A stretch of 64,000 nucleotides of DNA, from positions 832,001 through 896,000 of the forward strand of contig CAVVTZ010000007.1 in assembly GCA_963751275.1 (NCBI GenBank), written 5' to 3'. The stretch comes from an uncultured Gemmatimonadaceae bacterium (GTDB lineage Bacteria > Gemmatimonadota > Gemmatimonadetes > Gemmatimonadales > Gemmatimonadaceae). The translations under genes were made by a program, and so were the position numbers. Under the pieces are notes generated by a model that worked only from the letters and a program-made list of their open reading frames with translations, searched no databases and was not told the DNA's origin. Of this stretch, positions 32,787-43,341 are shown one piece after another; the stretch's first letter is position 1; every line of letters begins with the position of its first letter.

Positions 32787-35141
32787 TTACAGATTCACCG
32801 ACACCTGCAGCTGCACCGTCCGCGGGCGTCCCGCCGAGGCACCGCTGAAGAACTGGCCTTTGAGCAGGTACTGCGAGTCGAAGAGATTGTCGATGTACAG
32901 CACCGGGCGCAGGACGGTCCTCCCGAAGATCCAGGTGTAACCGGCGCTGAGGCTCGTGATGAAGTTGGGCGCGACGTGGATGCTGCGGTTGAAATCGGTG
33001 AGTCCCGTGCCGATCGGCTGAGTGATGTCGGCGCCGTTCGTGAGGCCCGTGCCGTACGTGCCTGAGGCGCTCGCGAACCAGTTCTTGCCCGAGTACACGA
33101 CCGAGGCCACCGACGAGATGCGCTGGTCGTGGTCGAGGTCGAACCAGTTGCCCGGCACGCCGGTGGAATCCACGGGAAAGAATCCGCCGGTGATCGGGCC
33201 TTTCCCATATGCGTGATTCAGCGCGAAGTTCACGTAGCCCGACCACGGGCCGGCGGGGCGGATCTCGAGCGTGGCCTCCACGCCCTTGATCTGCACGTCG
33301 GCGATGTTGACCGACGTGACGATCGCCGAGCCGGGCACCGTCTGATCGTCGATCCCGGGCGTGCTCTGCTTGTAGTACCCCGAGAGCTTCAGCACGCCGA
33401 ATGACAACCGCTGCACGTACCCCACTTCGAAGAAGTTGTCACGCTCGGGGAGCGTTGGCGCGGTGACGACGTTGGAATCGGCGACGCTCGTGATGGTGCG
33501 CAGATCCTCGACGTTGGTCGGCATGAACAGCCGCCCGTAGTACGCGTAGAGGGTGGCGCTCGCGGTGGGGTAGAAATTCACGCGGATGCGCGGGCTCCAT
33601 TGTTCCTGGTGGCCGGCGAACGGCGCCGCGTGGTCGTCATAGCGCACCCCGAGGTGGAAGTCGAACCATTCGACCGGTGCGATGACCGATTGCGCGTAGC
33701 CGTCCACGTCGCTGCCGTTCAAGTCCGAGTTCGACGCCGGTCCCGGATTCCCCAGCGAATCCACCGACGTGAACGATTCATGGCCGGTGGTCTGGGAGAC
33801 GAGCGCGCCCACCTTGAACGAGAACATGTGCCCGGTGCGCCACGCGTAGCTCGCGGTCAGGCCGTAATTCTGGAAATTGCGGTCCTCGTGGAGATTGTAC
33901 GGAGTCGTGTCGGGGAAGAAGATGAACGTGGGGTCATCGTCGACGCCCGGGGTGTAGAGGAGCGAGCCCTTCCGGTAGAAGAGTCCGGTGAACACTTCGC
34001 CGCCGGGTTCCTCCGGGCCCGCCTGCGGCGAGCCGGTGAGGTGATGCCACCCGAAGTTGATGAAACTGTTCTTGTCCTTCTGATTGTCGTCGATGATGCC
34101 GGTGGCGGAATCGAAGGGGATCTGGAAATTCGTCGTGGATGCGTTCCCCTCGAGATAGAACTGGTCCCGGTCGCCCGGGGAGTACTCGATCTTCCCGAAG
34201 CCGAAGAGGTCCTGCCCGTAGTTGCTGTAGTTGTACGGCTTGAACGTGGTGGTGTCGTACGCCACCGGATACTGCCGCATGTCCGTCACCTGGCGCGTGC
34301 CCGCCGCGAAGAAGCCCCATGTGCCATTGCTGCTGCTGAGGTCGAGGGTCTGGCCGTTGCTGTTGTACGATCCCGCGTACGCCGACGCCCCCATGTGGAA
34401 CGCGCCCGTGGGGACGCGCGTCGCCACGTTCACGATGGCGGCGTTGCGATTGCCGTATTCCGCGTCCCAGCCGCCGGTGAGGAAGGAGATGCGGTCCACG
34501 ATGGCTGGATCGAACAGCTCATTGAGGCTTCCGGAGATCCCGGGATACACGGGAATGCCGTCGAGATAGTACGTGTACTCGGCGTGCTGCCCGCGGATGT
34601 GCACTTCGCCGGTGGGAGCGCGCGCCGCACCGGTGATCGCCTGCTGCAGGATCTGCGACGTGGTGCTGGTGGGCGATCCGTGATACTCGTCCTGCTGGAA
34701 GACCTGCACGCCACTGCGCGTGTCGATCGCGATCGGTGCGCTGGTGTTCACGGAGATGGCCTGCAGCGTGACCGCGACGGCGACCAACTTGAAGGCGATC
34801 GAGACGTTCTTGCCGCCTACCAGACTGATCGCTCGATCCTCCGGGCGGAAGCCGAGGAGGCGGACGAGCAGTGAGTAGTGTCCTGGTTTGACGTTGTGGA
34901 TCACGAAGCGGCCGAACGGGTCGGCGAGGACGCGCGAGATCACCTGCTGCTGGTCGGTGATGATGCTCACCTGCGCACCCTGCAGTGCCTGGCCGGTGGC
35001 GGAATCGGTGACCGTGCCGCTGACATCGGAGTTGTCGGGATCGGTGGCGGCATGCGCGGTCGCGGGGGCGAAAAGGGCGAACGCCACGCACGCGGCGAGG
35101 CCGGCGAGTTGACGGATGTGCTCGAGTGTTCTGCTGGACAT
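32787..35141 (-). CDS. TonB-dependent receptor with N-terminal carboxypeptidase-regulatory-like domain
   Basis: VSGTVTDSATG, plug HIRG.H..Y.Y.LDG, GG..AEYG, barrel end IDNLFD.QY...GRPRTV. Confidence 0.92.
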   Translation of the reverse strand: MSSRTLEHIRQLAGLAACVAFALFAPATAHAATDPDNSDVSGTVTDSATGQALQGAQVSIITDQQQVISRVLADPFGRFVIHNVKPGHYSLLVRLLGFRPEDRAISLVGGKNVSIAFKLVAVAVTLQAISVNTSAPIAIDTRSGVQVFQQDEYHGSPTSTTSQILQQAITGAARAPTGEVHIRGQHAEYTYYLDGIPVYPGISGSLNELFDPAIVDRISFLTGGWDAEYGNRNAAIVNVATRVPTGAFHMGASAYAGSYNSNGQTLDLSSSNGTWGFFAAGTRQVTDMRQYPVAYDTTTFKPYNYSNYGQDLFGFGKIEYSPGDRDQFYLEGNASTTNFQIPFDSATGIIDDNQKDKNSFINFGWHHLTGSPQAGPEEPGGEVFTGLFYRKGSLLYTPGVDDDPTFIFFPDTTPYNLHEDRNFQNYGLTASYAWRTGHMFSFKVGALVSQTTGHESFTSVDSLGNPGPASNSDLNGSDVDGYAQSVIAPVEWFDFHLGVRYDDHAAPFAGHQEQWSPRIRVNFYPTASATLYAYYGRLFMPTNVEDLRTITSVADSNVVTAPTLPERDNFFEVGYVQRLSFGVLKLSGYYKQSTPGIDDQTVPGSAIVTSVNIADVQIKGVEATLEIRPAGPWSGYVNFALNHAYGKGPITGGFFPVDSTGVPGNWFDLDHDQRISSVASVVYSGKNWFASASGTYGTGLTNGADITQPIGTGLTDFNRSIHVAPNFITSLSAGYTWIFGRTVLRPVLYIDNLFDSQYLLKGQFFSGASAGRPRTVQLQVSVNL

Positions 35142-35288
35142 GGACTGCTCCGGGCATATGTGTGAGTCCGCCGGCGGCGCACGCGAATGCGGCTCCGCCG
35201 AAAGACCGAGTCGTGGATGCGCCGACCGGAGCCCCGAAGGGCCCGCGATCAGCGCGCGCGATCAGTTGTCAGTGGCGCTCGGCTGGAT

Positions 35289-35642
35289 TCAGCGAGCGGC
35301 GGCGGCGGAGCGGGGAGGGGCGCGCGGGGATTTCGGAGTGCCGGCGCGAGCGCGCACCGGCGGGACCGCGGCGATCGCGACGCGATCGCGGTGCGCGGCG
35401 AGCTGGAGCGCCGGCGTCGGCGCGCGCGGCGCGTCGCCCACCATGTGCGACGCGGCACATGCGGCGCAGTTGTCGGGATCGTGCGAATAGTGGAGATGAA
35501 CGCCGAACTCTTCCACGTGCGCCGGCGCACTCGCGCCCTGCACGCCATCCACGAGCGGGCCGAATCCGACGACCACGAATTGCACCGTCGCGATGAACGC
35601 GGCGGCGAGCTTGCGGATGCGCGGAGCGGTCAGCGGTCGCAT
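35289..35642 (-). CDS. DUF2946-like (CutF/CruR-type) upstream ORF, paralog of 32269-32637
   Basis: SAPAHVEEFGVHLHYSHDPDNCAAC, C-terminal SPRAPP. Directly precedes the TonB receptor. Confidence 0.72.
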   Translation of the reverse strand: MRPLTAPRIRKLAAAFIATVQFVVVGFGPLVDGVQGASAPAHVEEFGVHLHYSHDPDNCAACAASHMVGDAPRAPTPALQLAAHRDRVAIAAVPPVRARAGTPKSPRAPPRSAAAAR

Positions 35643-35660
35643 ACGCTCACGATAATCGTG

Positions 35661-36533
35661 CTACCGGACATCCGCCACACTCTTCGCGTAGCCCCTGAGG
35701 CGCCGCAGCATCTTCGAATCGGCCTTCGCATGGTCATCGCCTTTGGGGGTCTCGATCACTTTCGCGACCTTCTCTAAACGCGGATCGGTCATGATCCGTT
35801 GGAACGGTTTCCTGCCCAGCGAGCCCTCGCCGATCAGCTCGTGGCGATCGCGGCGGCTCGCGAAGGGGGTCTTCGAGTCGTTCAGGTGCATGGTGCGGAG
35901 GCGCGCCATGCCGAGCGCATCGTCGAACCGCTGCCACACTCCATCGTAATCCTTCACGAGATCGTAGCCTGCGGAATAGACGTGGCAGCTGTCAACGCAC
36001 ACGCCGACGCGTTTCCTTTGCGCCTTCGGCAAGCGCTCGATGATCGCGGCCAGTTCCTCGAACGTCGCGCCAAGCGCGGTGCCGCTGCCGGCGGTGGTCT
36101 CCAGGCAGAGCACGGTGCGGCCGGGCGCGCGCTCGAGCGCCTCGGCGATCGCGTCGGCGTTGCGCGCGAGCCCGCTCGCGCGGTCGTCCATGAAATTCCC
36201 GGGGTGACTCACGAGATAGGTAAGGCCGAGGGCCTCGCAGCGCCGCAGCTCCGCAACGAAGCTCTCGGTGCTGCGGCGGCGGAGCGCCTTGTCGGGGCTC
36301 GCGAGATTGATGAGATACGAATCGTGCGCCATGGTGACGCGCACATCGGTCTCGGCGAGCGCCGCGCGGAAGCCCGCGATCTCGGCCTCGTCGCACTCGC
36401 GCTCCTGCCAGCGGCTCGCGGCCTTCGTGAACAGTTGCAACGCGGTAGCCTTGATCAGCTTCGCGCGCGGCGGTGCGGTGACGGTGCCGCCGCCCGCGGT
36501 GGAGCAATGCGCGCCGAGCGGCGCTTCGCTCAC
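35661..36533 (-). CDS. nfo: Endonuclease IV
   Basis: LGAH.S.AGG, HDSYLINLAS, HPG, LETTAG.G, C.DSCH, HLNDSK, DRH, ETPK. Confidence 0.93.
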   Translation of the reverse strand: MSEAPLGAHCSTAGGGTVTAPPRAKLIKATALQLFTKAASRWQERECDEAEIAGFRAALAETDVRVTMAHDSYLINLASPDKALRRRSTESFVAELRRCEALGLTYLVSHPGNFMDDRASGLARNADAIAEALERAPGRTVLCLETTAGSGTALGATFEELAAIIERLPKAQRKRVGVCVDSCHVYSAGYDLVKDYDGVWQRFDDALGMARLRTMHLNDSKTPFASRRDRHELIGEGSLGRKPFQRIMTDPRLEKVAKVIETPKGDDHAKADSKMLRRLRGYAKSVADVR

Positions 36534-37735
36534 GGGAGCGGCTTGAGGTAGTCCAGCGGATCCACCGCGTGGCCGCCCGGCCGCAGCTCGAAATGCAAAT
36601 GCGCGGGGAGCTCGGGGTCCGAGACGCCGGCGTATCCGATCACCTGTCCGCGGTTCACGATATCGCCCTTCTTCACGTTGAGACGGCTGAGCGAGCCATA
36701 CACCGAGTAGTCGCCGCCGGCGTGCTGGACGATCACGGTGAGCCCGTACGTGCTGAGCGCATCGGCGACCACCACCTTGCCCGCCGCCACCGTGCGCACC
36801 TCCGTCCCCTCCGCCGCGGCGATTCCGATGCCGTTCCACCGGACGGTGGTGTTGTTCGGGTTCACGACCCGGCCGAAGCTGTAGAGGAGATTCCCCTTGA
36901 GCGGCCAGTCGAAGGTGCCGGTGCCGCTCCTCTTGAGCGTCGGCGCCGCCTTCGGGGCGCGTGACTCGCGCTCGGCCTTGGCCCGCGCGGTCTCCAGCGT
37001 GCCGATCATGTCGGTGAGCTTCTGCTCGTCCTCGGCGAGCGATGCGAGCCGCTTCTCGGTCTCGCGCGATTTCTGCTTGGCGGAGGCGAGGCTGCTCGCC
37101 TGCTCCTCCTGCAGGCTGCGCAGGCGCCGCTCCTCATCGGCCTTCTCACCGAGATTGATCTCGATCTCTTCCTGGAAATGCACGAGGTTCTCGCGCTGGT
37201 GGTCGATCTGCTTGCGCAGGTCGTCCACGCGCTTCACGAGCGCCTGGTCGCGCAGGGCGGCGAGATGCAGGTACTTGTAGCGCGCCACGAGGTCCGCGAA
37301 GCTGTTCGCGCTGAGCAGCACTTCGCTCGAATAGAGGCCGCCGCGCTTGTAGATGTCCACGAGGCGCCGCTGCAGGACGACCTTCTTGAATTCCAGCTCG
37401 TCCTGCGCGCGCACGAGGTCGGCCGTGGTGACGCTGACATCGGCGTTGATCGCGGCGAGCTGGTTGTCGAGCGTCTCCACCACGCGCGCCGTCGTCTCCA
37501 CCTGGCGGTTCACGTTCTCCAACTCTTCGGAGAGGTCGTGCACCGTGCCCTGCAGCGCGATGCGGCGGCGCTCGAGCTCCTGGCGCTCGTTGCGCAGCTG
37601 GTCGAGGCGCGCGCGCTCATCGCGCAGGCGCTGCTCGGCCTGCTGCAGCGTGGGCTGCTGGGCGCCGGCGCGCGGCGCATTCGCGGCGAGCGCGAACGCG
37701 GCGAGCGTAGCGGCGATCGCGAGCCGCCGCCTCAC
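36530..37735 (-). CDS. EnvC-like murein hydrolase activator (coiled coil plus degenerate M23 domain)
   Basis: Long coiled coil, WPLKG, WNGIGI, LHFELR. Lies downstream of ftsEX. Confidence 0.88.
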   Translation of the reverse strand: MRRRLAIAATLAAFALAANAPRAGAQQPTLQQAEQRLRDERARLDQLRNERQELERRRIALQGTVHDLSEELENVNRQVETTARVVETLDNQLAAINADVSVTTADLVRAQDELEFKKVVLQRRLVDIYKRGGLYSSEVLLSANSFADLVARYKYLHLAALRDQALVKRVDDLRKQIDHQRENLVHFQEEIEINLGEKADEERRLRSLQEEQASSLASAKQKSRETEKRLASLAEDEQKLTDMIGTLETARAKAERESRAPKAAPTLKRSGTGTFDWPLKGNLLYSFGRVVNPNNTTVRWNGIGIAAAEGTEVRTVAAGKVVVADALSTYGLTVIVQHAGGDYSVYGSLSRLNVKKGDIVNRGQVIGYAGVSDPELPAHLHFELRPGGHAVDPLDYLKPLP

Positions 37736-38581
37736 ACGTCGCGCAGGTGGCGCCCGACGGACATCGAACTGCCGAGCAGTCCGATGAGCCCTCCGCCGAG
37801 GATGCCGAGCAGCGCAATGTCGCGGTCGAAGAAGACCGTCGTGATGAAGCGGTCGCTGATGAGCTGGCTCGCGCCCCAGGTCATCGCGAGCGCGAGCGCC
37901 CCGCCGGCGACGCCCTTGAGGAAGCCGTCGATCAGGAAGGGGCGGCGCACGAAGCCGTTCGTCGCGCCCACGAGGCGCATGATCGAGATCTCGCGCGCGC
38001 GCGCGAGCACGGCCATGCGGATCGTGGTGCCGATGATGATGACGGCGACCGCCGCGAAGGCGAGGCCGAGCACGACGCCCGCGGCCACGGCGAGCCGGCG
38101 GATGTCGTACAGCTTCTTCACCCACTCCTCGCCGTAGCGCACGTCGTCCACGAACGGATAGCTTGAGCACCCGTGAGGCGACCGAGGCCACATTGGTGGG
38201 ATCGCGATAGCCATCCTTGAGCCGGACGTCGATCGACCCGGGCAGCACGTTCGCGTCGAACACGTCGCTGAACTCGCTGAGCTCCTTGCGCGCGCGCTGG
38301 AGCGCCATCTCCGGCGTCACGTACTCCACCGATTGCACTTCGGGGAAGGCATTGATGTCGCCGAGCGCGGTGGTGATCGCCTCGAGCGGCGTGCCGTCGG
38401 CGATGAACGCGCGGATCTCGACGCGCTCCTCGAGCCCGCGCAGCGCGCGGCTCACGTTGAGCGCCACGAGGCCGAACAACCCGACGGCGAACAGCAGAAC
38501 GCGATGGTCACGATGCTCAGCGTGCTGAGCAGCGGCGCGCGGCGGAAGGCCGAGGACGACTTCGCGGAGCGTGAGGCGCAT
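37732..38581 (-). CDS. ftsX: Cell-division permease FtsX (indels)
   Basis: IGTTIRMAVLARAREISIMRLVGATNGFVRRPFL. Confidence 0.88.
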
Positions 38582-39290
38582 CAGGCGTCCCCATCCTGGG
38601 TGCCGCCGGCACGGGCTGCGCCGCCGAATCGAACACGAGCTGCGCCGTCGATTGAGCTCGATCACGCGGTAGTTCGAGCGCCGGACGAGGTCGAGGTTGT
38701 GCGTCGCCATGATCACCGCCGTGCCGGACGCGTTGATGTCGCGCAGCAGCTGGAAGACGCCGCGGGTGGCGCGCTCGTCGAGGTTGCCGGTGGGCTCGTC
38801 GGCGATCGAGCACGATCGGGATCGTTGACGAGCGCGCGGGCGATCGCAACGCGCTGCTGCTCGCCGCCCGACAGCTCGCGGGGATAGCTCGTCGCCTTGG
38901 ACGCGAGCCCGACCTGCGTGAGCAGGCGGCTCACGCGCGCCGCGAGTCCGTCGCGCGGCGCGCCGGTCACCTCGAGCGCGAAGGCGACGTTCTCCTCGGC
39001 GGTGCGGTCCTCGAGCAGGCGGAAGTCCTGGAAGACGACGCCGAGCTTGCGGCGCAGCAGCGGCACGCTCGCGCTGGCGGATCGTCGACTCGCGGCGGTG
39101 CCGCTCACGCGCACCTCGCCGGAGGTGGGATGCTCCTCCATGAAGATGAGCTCGCAGGATCGTGGTCTTGCCGGCGCCGCTCGGGCCCGGTGAGGAAGAC
39201 GAACTCGCCCTTGGCCACGTGGAAGGTGACGTCGTTGAGCGCGACGCCGGTGCGCGGATATTCCTTCGTGACGTGCGTGAAGCGGATCAT
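38581..39290 (-). CDS. ftsE: Cell-division ATPase FtsE (indels)
   Basis: [47 protein letters not shown]. Confidence 0.88.
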
Positions 39291-40451
39291 CAGCGAATGG
39301 CCTGCTTCGAGGTCGGCGATCAGGTCGGCGGCGTCCTCGATGCCCACCGAGAGGCGCACGAAGCCATCGGGGATGCCGATCGCGCGCGCGCTCCTCGGGC
39401 GTCATGTGCGCGTGCGACGTGAAGCGCGGCTCGCACACCAGCGAGTCCACGCCGCCGAGGCTCGTGGCGTGCGCGAAGATCTGCAGGCGCCGCAGGAAAG
39501 TTCGGCCCCGGCAGGCGCCGCCCTCCACCTCCACCGCCAGCATGCCGCCGAAGCCGTCCAGCTGCTCGCGCGCGATCGCGTGGTCGGGATGCGACTCGAG
39601 CCCGGGGTAGTGCACGGCCGTGAACGCCTTCTGCGACGCGCACCAGTGGGCGATCTTCATGGCGTTCTCGTTCTGCCGCTGCACGCGCACGTCGAGCGTC
39701 TTGAGGCCGCGCTCGAGCAGCCAGCAGGCGAAGGGATCCGGCGCCTGGCCCCACAGCATCATCTTCTGCCGCACTTCCTCGATGTAGTCGCGGTGCCCAT
39801 CACCGCGCCGCCGATGACGTCGTGGTGGCCGTTGAGGTACTTGGTGACCGAGTGGATCACGACGTCGGCGCCGTGCTCGAGCGGGCGGAAGTTGATCGGC
39901 GTCGCGAAGGTCGAGTCCACGACCAGCGCGAGCCCGGTCTCCTGCGTGAGGTAGCTGATCGGCCGCAGGTCGAGCACGCGGCAGCGTCGGGATTCACCGG
40001 CGTCTCGACGAAGATGGCGCGCGTGTGCTTGCGCAGCTTCTTGCGCCAGCCGCGCGACTCGAGCGGATCGACGAGCGTGACGCTGATGCCCATCGCCTCG
40101 AACTCCTGCGTGAGGAGCTGGTGCGTGCCGCCGTAGATCCACGCGCTGGCGAGCAGGTGGTCGCCGGGGCGGAGCAGGGCGAGCAGCGCGCACGCGGTGG
40201 CGCCCTGTCCGCTGCCGAGCACGAGCGACGGCCTCGGCGCCTTCGAGCAGCGCGAGCCGGCGCTGCACGAGCTCGGCGTTGGGATTGTTGCCGTAGCGCG
40301 GATAGCGCAGGCCCTCGCTCGTGCCGACTTCCTGGATGAAGTTGACCGATTGATAGAGCGGCGAGACGACCGGCGTGTCGGCGTCGCGGGACTCGCGCGC
40401 GCCGTGCAGGGCGAGCGTCGAGAGGCCGGGGCGGGATTCGGGAGTGGTCAT
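39290..40451 (-). CDS. Cys/Met metabolism PLP enzyme (cystathionine gamma-synthase/lyase family), indels
   Basis: [50 protein letters not shown]. Confidence 0.88.
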
Positions 40452-40462
40452 GGGTTCGCGGC

Positions 40463-40768
40463 TCAGACGTTGCGGCGGGGCCCGGTGCGGGCGTCGGTGT
40501 TCGGTTTGACGATCGTCACTACTTCGGACGGCAGGGCGCCGGCGATGTCACGCAGCACCACGTGTCCGCGCGGGATCCGGTCGTCGATCGCCAGTGGGGC
40601 GAGTTCGTGACGCCGGGGCCCATACACCCAGACGAGTTCCCCCTCGGTGAGGATTCGGAGCCGCGCATCCTCCGCGCTCATCCATACCATGGTACCGCGC
40701 TCAGGGTCCTGCGGACGGGTGGAGATGAAATCAAGCACCCGGAGCGGCGGATTGAATGTCTCGTTCAC
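40463..40768 (-). CDS. Small protein resembling a stand-alone molybdopterin-dinucleotide-binding (double-psi barrel) domain
   Basis: VWMSAEDARLR.LTEGELVWV.GPR...IDDRIPRGHV. Confidence 0.6.
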   Translation of the reverse strand: MNETFNPPLRVLDFISTRPQDPERGTMVWMSAEDARLRILTEGELVWVYGPRRHELAPLAIDDRIPRGHVVLRDIAGALPSEVVTIVKPNTDARTGPRRNV

Positions 40769-41331
40769 TGCGCCGCTCCCACGGCGACGTAACTCTGCTC
40801 GAGACGCATGGCGAGGCGGCGGCGGAAGAGGCGGTCGAGCACGCGCTCGGCGTCGAAGCCGGCGAGTCCCACCTCGCAGGCGAGCTCGTGCGGGGTGAGG
40901 CGGCCGCGGCGGCAGAGCGTGTCCCAGGCCATCCGCTCTTCCTCGGCGACGATCCCGATGAGGATCACGTCGCCGCCATCGACCTCGGCGACGATCGCGA
41001 GGCCGTGCCGCTCGAGCACCGCCTCGATCGCGTCGTAGTGCTCGTCCTTCACGCCGCGGAAGACGAAGTACGCATTGCGCGGCGGCGGCGCGGCATCATC
41101 GAGGCCGGCGTAGCGCATGAGCAGCTTCGCGACGATCTCATCGGCGCACGAGTAGTCGATGACACCCACGTGCGAGAAGTCGATCACGGTGAGCGACCGG
41201 TCGCCGAGCTCGGCGAGCTGCTTCTCGATGCCATCGCGCACCGCCGCGCCGGTGGGGCGCGTGACCAGATCGGTGTAGAGGTCGCACACCGTGCGGCGCA
41301 GGACGCCGGTGAGGTCGATGTGATTGATCAC
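40765..41331 (-). CDS. Hypothetical protein with STAS-like N-terminus and winged-helix-like C-terminus
   Basis: LVTRPTG, IDFSHVGVIDYSCADE, C-terminal LTPHELA...VLDRLFRRRL. Confidence 0.7.
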   Translation of the reverse strand: MINHIDLTGVLRRTVCDLYTDLVTRPTGAAVRDGIEKQLAELGDRSLTVIDFSHVGVIDYSCADEIVAKLLMRYAGLDDAAPPPRNAYFVFRGVKDEHYDAIEAVLERHGLAIVAEVDGGDVILIGIVAEEERMAWDTLCRRGRLTPHELACEVGLAGFDAERVLDRLFRRRLAMRLEQSYVAVGAAQ

Positions 41332-42215
41332 TTCTCCGCCACGTGCTCGGGGATCGTGATCTGGATCTGGGCGCCGGGGAAATTCGGCAGCTTCTCTTCG
41401 AGCGGCACGTCGTCGTCCCAGGAAGGCACGATGGCGATTCTAGCGGTTCCGGAGCGAACAGACAACTTGCCTTGCCATCTTCCAATGTAACGACGCACGC
41501 CCGCCAGGCCTTGACCGCGGCCCGGATCCTGGAACCGGGACACGCCGCGCAGCACCGCTTCCTCGAGCGCGCGGCCGTCGCCCCACCGTTCGTCCAGGCG
41601 CCGGCCGTGCGCGCTCTCGAGCGACTGCCGGAATCCGATGCCGGCGTCGCACACCGCGATGACCACCACGCGCCGTCCCTGCAGCCGCTTCTTCCAGGTG
41701 TACGTCTGCACCGCGACCCAGCCGCCGCGTCCCGCGTGCTCCACGATGTTCTGGCACGCTTCGCTCAGCGTCATCGCGAATCCCATCGTCGCTTTCGGAT
41801 CGACGTTCAGTTCCTTCACGAGGATCTGCGTCGCCTTCTGCTGGATGCGGCCCACGACCTCGTGCACGTCGTCGCTCTTGGCGATCGGCGTGATCTCGAG
41901 CAGCACGCTGCTCTCGCCGCCGCGCGCACGCGGCACCTTGCCGACGAAATCGTACAGCTCCGCGGCGTGCGTGAAGAAGCCGGTGCGCGCCCAGTAGCCG
42001 GCGGTGTCGTCGGCCTCGGGCGGAATGAACTCGGCGCGCGCGCCGCGCGACTGCGCGAGCGTCAGGAGCGCGGTGAGTCCGTACGGGCTGGCCCAGCGCG
42101 TGTGGCGCGCATCGACGACGAACTTCTCATCCAGGGCGAGCGGCGCGACCTGCTCGAGCACATGCTCGAACGTCTTGTCATCAAGAGAGGGCGGAACGTT
42201 GACGACAGCGGTCAT
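41328..42215 (-). CDS. GHKL/HATPase_c-fold protein with STAS-like N-terminus
   Basis: N box SEACQNIVEHA, G1 DAGIGF, G2 GRGQGL. No transmembrane segment or obvious H box. Confidence 0.8.
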   Translation of the reverse strand: MTAVVNVPPSLDDKTFEHVLEQVAPLALDEKFVVDARHTRWASPYGLTALLTLAQSRGARAEFIPPEADDTAGYWARTGFFTHAAELYDFVGKVPRARGGESSVLLEITPIAKSDDVHEVVGRIQQKATQILVKELNVDPKATMGFAMTLSEACQNIVEHAGRGGWVAVQTYTWKKRLQGRRVVVIAVCDAGIGFRQSLESAHGRRLDERWGDGRALEEAVLRGVSRFQDPGRGQGLAGVRRYIGRWQGKLSVRSGTARIAIVPSWDDDVPLEEKLPNFPGAQIQITIPEHVAEK

Positions 42216-43182
42216 CGCGAGCTGATCTCTCCGCGCAAGTGACGAGTGAGTCCGGTGGCGCCGCGGTGCGCGACGTTGCGAGCGGCCGCGGCGTGCGCGG
42301 CGTCGATCGACTGACGTAAGGTATCACCGTGCAGCAGCCGGGAGAAACAGGTCGCGCCCCACACGTCACCGCAGCCGGTGGGATCTCCCTCTTGACGCAG
42401 CGCATCCACGCTCACGAGTTCGGTGCGGATCGGCCCGGTGCCCGCGGCGCCGCGGTCGAGTTGCGGCGCGCGTGTCAAGTCGCGCAGACGGTCGAAGCCC
42501 GGCGCCGCGAAATACACCGCGCCGCGCGGGCCGAGCGTCACGAACAGCGCGCGCACGCCCTGCGCGAGCGCGGTGGCCGCGAGCGCCATCGGGTCCGGCG
42601 CCGACGCGGTGACTTCCTCGTCGTTCATCTGCAGCAGGTCGAAGCATCGGCACCACTCGGCGGCGTTCGGCAGCGGGCGCAGCGCGCGCCATCCCTCGGG
42701 CTGCACGGCCATCACGAGCATGTGCAGGTCGCAGTAGATCGGACCTTTGAAATGCTGGCGCAGCAGCTGCGCGGTCTCGAGGTCGAGCTCCCACCCCGAG
42801 AGGAAATTGATGTAGAGCGCGTCGATGTCTTTCAGAAGCGGCTTGAGTCCCAGCCACGTCCAGCCGGGCAATCCGCCGGTGAGCTTCTCGCAGCGCCGCT
42901 CGCTGGATTCGTAGACGATCTCGACGCGATTGTTCGGCTGCGCCACTTCGATGAGCGCGGCGTCGGGCGCGATGTGCGCGAGCGATGCGCGTGAACTCAC
43001 GCGCGCGCGACGCGAGATCGCTGCCCACTTTGATGAGCGGCACGATCTGCCACTCTGCATCCAGCGCCGCGTCGAGCGCCGCGAGGGAGTAGGTGATGCC
43101 GCCCCATTCCTCGAACGGGCTTGATCCCGCGGCCGTGGATCGTGTCCCACACGAATGTGCCTATTACGCCGAGCCGTTTCAC
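42212..43182 (-). CDS. PfkB-family carbohydrate kinase (indels near the 5' end)
   Basis: VTLGPRGA, DPTGCGDVWG. N-terminus VKRLGVIGTFVWDTI lies in another frame. Confidence 0.82.
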
Positions 43183-43234
43183 TATCGCTCCGACCAACGG
43201 AGAGATGACGCGGTCCCTGACGGGATATCCGGTG

Positions 43235-43326
43235 CAATCATGTCAATCATGTTAATCCTGTCAGATGCTCTTGCCAGTCACTTCTGGGAACTGCATTTGA
43301 CAGGATGAACATGATGAACATGATTG
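43235..43326. repeat. Family-C palindrome with nonamer-repeat arms, copy 1
   Basis: caatcatgtcaatcatgttaatcctgtca...tgacaggatgaacatgatgaacatgattg. Confidence 0.92.
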
Positions 43327-43341
43327 TGATTGACTAACGAC

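Noticed and set aside
36530..39774. Apparent FtsX-EnvC and lyase-FtsE fusion proteins in the ORF track
   Set aside because: The fusions arise from indels joining adjacent frames. Separate start/stop overlaps exist at 37732-37735 and 39288-39292.
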